A stretch of DNA of 64,000 nucleotides from an uncultured delta proteobacterium (GTDB taxonomy: Bacteria > Desulfobacterota > Binatia > UBA9968), in contig CAVXEP010000014.1 in assembly GCA_963760795.1 (NCBI GenBank), positions 1 through 64,000 on the forward strand. The letters run 5' to 3'. The notes under the pieces were generated by a model. That model ran no database searches. It was not told the DNA's origin and saw nothing but the letters and a program-made list of their open reading frames with translations. Position 1 is the stretch's first letter. Each line of letters starts with the position of its first letter. This document shows, piece by piece, positions 60,083 through 64,000 of this stretch. The position numbers and the translations under genes are program-made.

Positions 60083-60152
60083 CCCCTCGCCCGCTTGCGA
60101 GAGAGGGCGAGGGTGAGGGTTTCATAGAAGGGCGACCGCCGGTCGCCCCTAC
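60083..60152. repeat. CCCTC/GAGAGGG REP plus GTAG REP
   Basis: CCCCTCGCCCGCTTGCGAGAGAGGGCGAGGGTGAGGG; minus strand GTAGGGGCGACCGGCGGTCGCCC. Confidence 0.7.
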
Positions 60153-61310
60153 GCGCCCACCAACGACTTCGCGCCGCTCGCCGTCACCTGAAAACTGTCG
60201 CCGTAAAGCACCACGCCAACGTCGGACTCGATGGTCACACGCAGCGCCACCGTCATATTCTCATTGAGCGTCGTCGCACCCACGGTCGACGGCACCGACT
60301 TCATGCGCGTCACTTTCATTCAAGAACGGCGCTTCCCATTGATTGAGACCGATGCCGTTGGCGAGACCATAGACGGCGGCTTTGGCGTAGAACTCGCCCA
60401 GCTCTTTGCGCGCGGTTTCGTCAATAGCAGTCACGGCGCCATTGGGCCGAAGCTGCTTGGCCATCGCCGCAACGATTTCTTGCGCTCGCTCATAGGCCGC
60501 CTGAATCTTGCCATCGCCGGTTAGAATAAACGTCCGCCCCGCCTCGGCCCAGTAGCGCTCATGCTGCACGGCGAGATAAAGCGCCCAATGAGAACCGATG
60601 CTCGCCGCCTGTTTGAAGCTCGGCGGATTGAGCCGCCGGTCGCCGGCGAGGATGCGAATATCTTCAGCACCCTTGTCGCGCGCCAAGCGATCGATATCGG
60701 CGACGATTTCATACTCCTTGCGCCCAGATTTAATAAACCGTGCGGCGCCGGCGCAGACTTCGCTAAGCAGGCTGCCGGCTTCAGACATGGCGCCGAGCTC
60801 GCGCGCCGTCTTCGCCACACGCAACGGCGCGACGATGTCATCGCAATCTAGCCAACTCACGTTGGGCAGCGCGGTTTTCATATCCTCCAACTGCGGCAGC
60901 GGAAATCCATGACCGGAATCGGCCAAACCGACCTTAGATTTCTCGAAGCCTTTTTCTTTGATCATCTTCGCGCCATCGCTGCCGACCTGATTGGACGCGC
61001 GCACGTCTTCGACCCAAGTTAGCGTCTTGGCGAACGGCACATCGCGGCTGCCGATATTGAGCAACATGGAAATCGCGCCATCGCGCGGCACCACGGCGAT
61101 GCCGCCGCGCACTTTGGGAAAGTAGTTGGTCAGGTAGCAAAGATCGGCGAAGGAATAGTTATCGCCGTAAATCACCAAAGCGTCGAGATCGCGCCGCGCC
61201 ATCTCCTTGCGCACGGCGTCAAGCCGCGCCTGAAACTCCGCCTGCGGCACCGCCGCCGGATCCCAAGTGGAACAACCACGCTTCAATACTGAATGTCGGC
61301 CAAAAATCAT
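60149..61310 (-). CDS. M24/creatinase-fold protein, degenerate active site (frameshift about 60285)
   Basis: creatinase N-domain (EFQARL..VR..M...LDALVIYG), R..KT..E, pita-bread domain lacking D/D/H/E/E; GAGG RBS before ATG 61310. Confidence 0.8.
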
Positions 61311-61340
61311 ATTGTCCTCATCGACTCCGACTCGATCGAC

Positions 61341-61430
61341 GACTTGAACGTCTTGAACGATTGGAACGAGAAGGGTCGCAAGCCGTTCAAATCGTGTCAC
61401 CTCGTTCAAACCTTTAAACCAGCTTGAACG
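61341..61430. repeat. 9-mer GTTCMA arrays in both orientations
   Basis: GACTTGAAC GTCTTGAAC GATTGGAAC ... CGTTCAAATC ... CGTTCAAACC. Confidence 0.6.
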
Positions 61431-61434
61431 GAAT

Positions 61435-62550
61435 TCATTCTTTAATATAAATATCCCAAGAAGATTTCATCAACGACTCCGCCTGGTTCTTACCCATCAC
61501 CACGGTATCGCCGAGCGTAAGATAACCGGTCTCCGGCACATATTGGTTGGGATGAATGATGAAAGTCATCCCTTCTTCCAGTTTGGTCTTGTTGTCATCT
61601 TCCAAACTGCCCGGCGCCGACGAACCGCAGCCGAGGCCATGGCCGCGCACGCGCATGAACGGCGGCCGGCAATACTCTGCGTAGCCATATTCAATGAACG
61701 TCCCGTTGATCGCCTTGGCCACGGCGCTCGCCGGCGCGCCGGTCTGCGCGGCGGCCATGCCCAAGCCCATCGCTTTGTGCAGGATCGCGTACTTCTCGCG
61801 CACCACCGGCGGCGGCTCGCCCAACACCACGGTGCGGCAGATCTGCACGAACAGACCGCCGATGCACGGCGTGATCTCGCCGATGATGATATCGCCCGGC
61901 TGGACGACGCGATCGGTGGGTGGATGGAGCGCTTGATTGTGATGGTTCGCCACCACCATGCCGAAATTATCTTCGGCGCCGAGCGAACGCATCTTATATT
62001 CGACGATGGCGGCGAGCTCATATTCTTTCAAGCCGGGCCGCGCGTCTTCGTGCAAGGCGCTGACGCCGGCATCGGCGATCGCCGCCGCGCGCCGCATGCG
62101 CTCCAGCTCGAACGGACCTTTGCAGCGCGCCATGGTCTCGATGATATCTTTGGCGTTCACCGGGGTCTGACCCAGCGCTTTGACGATCTCGTCATGCAGC
62201 CCGACATGCATCGCTTCCCGGCCGATAAGCCCAACCTTGCCCGCCAGCTTCGCCACGCGGTCGTGGAAATCCAGGAAAGGCCGAACATCGCCAACCCACG
62301 ATTCTTCTTGAGCGCGCGGGATGTCCCACGCCGGCGCCAGATAGAGCACCGGCGCATCGTCGAGCGGAACGACCAGCATGGTATCCGGACCGACGCTGAT
62401 GAAGTCGGTGAGATAGGCAACGTAGTTCATGCGCAAAAAATTATGCCGCCCGGCATCGTGCACCAGCAAAGTTTGCAACCCTTGCTCGCGCATGGCTTGA
62501 CGCACTTGGGTCAACCGACTTTCAAATACTTTTTGCTCATCCATACTCAC
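61435..62550 (-). CDS. M24/creatinase-fold hydrolase (non-canonical ligands)
   Basis: K...ELERMRRAA, RPG..EYE, GEITP..GG...QICRT, GHGLG, FIIHPN, LGDTV. Confidence 0.85.
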   Translation of the reverse strand: MSMDEQKVFESRLTQVRQAMREQGLQTLLVHDAGRHNFLRMNYVAYLTDFISVGPDTMLVVPLDDAPVLYLAPAWDIPRAQEESWVGDVRPFLDFHDRVAKLAGKVGLIGREAMHVGLHDEIVKALGQTPVNAKDIIETMARCKGPFELERMRRAAAIADAGVSALHEDARPGLKEYELAAIVEYKMRSLGAEDNFGMVVANHHNQALHPPTDRVVQPGDIIIGEITPCIGGLFVQICRTVVLGEPPPVVREKYAILHKAMGLGMAAAQTGAPASAVAKAINGTFIEYGYAEYCRPPFMRVRGHGLGCGSSAPGSLEDDNKTKLEEGMTFIIHPNQYVPETGYLTLGDTVVMGKNQAESLMKSSWDIYIKE

Positions 62551-62619
62551 CTCGTAAATTTCGCCGCTATTCTCATTAAGTGCACGTATCTAATCAGCTT
62601 GAAGAAAGTAGCAAAGTTA

Positions 62620-62780
62620 TCCCCGCTTCACCACCGCTTCGTGGAGGCTAGAGTGAGGGTGCCCGACTAGCGAATGTAGTCGTAGGGGCCGACCTGCGTG
62701 TCGGCCCTCCGAACGGGCGGACATTGGAGCGCGGACATTCTTGTCCGCGGTTAATCGCGGGTTGGAAAACCCGCGCTCCC
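62620..62780. repeat. cluster of REP-like palindromes
   Basis: GTAGGGGCCGACCTGCGTGTCGGCCC; GGAGCGCGGACATTCTTGTCCGC...GCGGGTTGGAAAACCCGCGCTCC. Confidence 0.65.
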
Positions 62781-62812
62781 TTATCCGCTCTACCATTGCA
62801 TAGTTGCCTTAT

Positions 62813-63811
62813 TCATCGAATCAGCCTACTCGCCCGCGCCAGCACCTCCGGCGCAATCGTCACGCCGATCTGCTTCGCCGTCTTGAGATTGATCACGAAC
62901 TCGAACTTCGTCGGCTGCTCCACCGGCAGATCGGCGGGCTTGGCTCCCTTCAGGATTCTGTCCACGAAATATGCGACGCGCCGGTAGCTGTCCGCTGAGT
63001 CCGCCCCGTAGGACATGAGCCCACCGGCATCTACAGCTTCTCTGTCTGGCGTACATCGACGGTAACCGGCTCTTTAACGCAAAGCCGACGATCCGTTTTT
63101 GGTTAGCAATCATTAGCGGGCCGCCGGAGCACGTAGAGTCCATCCGGGCGCTGCTTGTTTAGCGCAGCGAATACCTTGTCGAAATCGTCCGCAGCTCGTA
63201 CCTCCCAAGGCTGAAGAGTCAACTTCAGCGCACGCGCCGCGACTGGGAGAACCTCTTTCACCTCGAGTACACTGGCCCGGAATGGCCGGATCGTAGAGAA
63301 CCGCGACACGGGCAAGTTTGGGAACGGCTTCTTTGAGCAGCTCCAGCCGCTTCCCGCCTAGTTCTCTGTTAAGGTTTGTAATGCCGGTGACGTTGCCGCC
63401 GGGACGGGCAAGGCTTTCAATTAGGCCTGCCTCGACAGGATCGGCCCCACCGCCCATCATAACGATGGGAATCGTCTTGGTCGCATTCTTGGCCGCCCGG
63501 ATCCAGCGGGTCCCTCCTGCTACCACGATGATATCAACCTTGAGACGCACCAACTCGGCCGCAAGCTCAGGGACCCGATCGACGCTTCCCCTCCGCATAT
63601 CGGTACTCGATGGCGATGTTCTGTCCTTCTATGTAGCCACGCTCGCGCAGAGCCAGCCGAATTGCCTCGGCACGGGCGGACTCACTAGCTGGATCGCTCG
63701 CCGATAGATACCCTATCCGCGGGACTTTCTTCGGCTGCTGCGCCCGAGCTGAGACAAGGGAAGAGCCAAGAGCATCGAGCAAAAAGCTCGCCGAGTGATT
63801 TTTTTGTGCAT
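62813..63811 (-). CDS. ABC transporter substrate-binding protein (ABC_sub_bind type; several frameshifts)
   Basis: pieces in several frames: AQQPKKVPRIGYL, GYIEGQNIAIEYRYAEG, ESLARPGGNVTG, KRLELLKE, VDRILKGAKPADLPVEQPTKFEFVINLKTAK. Confidence 0.8.
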
Positions 63812-63856
63812 CAGTTTCGCCGTTTCTTCTTCCTCGGCCTCGGATTGGTGAGGCTC

Positions 63857-63916
63857 GGCGACCGGCGGTCGCCCTTGCCCTCACCCCTGCCCTCTCCCAT
63901 CGGAATGGGCGAGGGA
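63857..63916. repeat. REP pair
   Basis: GGCGACCGGCGGTCGCC followed by CCCTCACCCCTGCCCTCTCCCATCGGAATGGGCGAGGG. Confidence 0.65.
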
Positions 63917-64000
63917 GTTAAGATCGCTTGGCTCTAAACGATTCAGCCATATTTTTCGTGGGGCAAGTGGTTCCATCTGCTACCGCTCGTGGATTACCGT

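Noticed and set aside
36245-61430. Periodic repeats as a CRISPR array
   Set aside because: Units are 7-9 bp and directly tandem, with no 25-45-bp unique spacers and no cas genes
13738-63811. Programmed frameshifting or mass pseudogenisation
   Set aside because: Single-base slips in unrelated genes without a shared slippery motif or other decay; sequencing error is more parsimonious, though not verified against reads

Overview
GC-rich (about 60% by eye) bacterial chromosomal segment. Gene content and repeat style suggest Candidatus Binatia/Binatota or a related deltaproteobacteria-like lineage (inference). Left end (0.1-10.2 kb): a sigma54 module with a divergent DUF1302-like outer-membrane barrel and DUF1329-like protein, an ABC-type solute-binding protein (SBP) translationally coupled to a Cache-HAMP-GAF-GAF histidine kinase, an NtrC-type regulator and a USP-like gene. 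Three -24/-12 promoters and a shared 18-bp candidate enhancer are visible there. 10.7-22 kb is housekeeping-like: molybdopterin hydroxylase large subunit, tRNA-Asn(GTT), Mut7-C RNase, transglutaminase-like protein plus ABC exporter, esterase, htpX, LLM oxidoreductase, aminopeptidase. From 22 to 64 kb, 18 more SBPs of four families (19 in the window, no importer permease) are interleaved with catabolic enzymes. These include a Cys-less thiolase-fold/DUF35 pair, a Rieske oxygenase, a CX8CX2C radical SAM enzyme, two non-canonical MmgE/PrpD proteins, an OCD/mu-crystallin, split hydantoinase A/B genes and a tandem pair of M24-fold proteins lacking metal ligands. Intergenic DNA holds several REP-like, 7-mer and 9-mer repeat families and a candidate structured ncRNA near 39.1-39.3 kb. 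About eleven genes carry single-base frameshifts that look like sequencing errors. No CRISPR array, integrase, transposase or rRNA was seen. All family assignments come from motif recognition by eye, not database searches.
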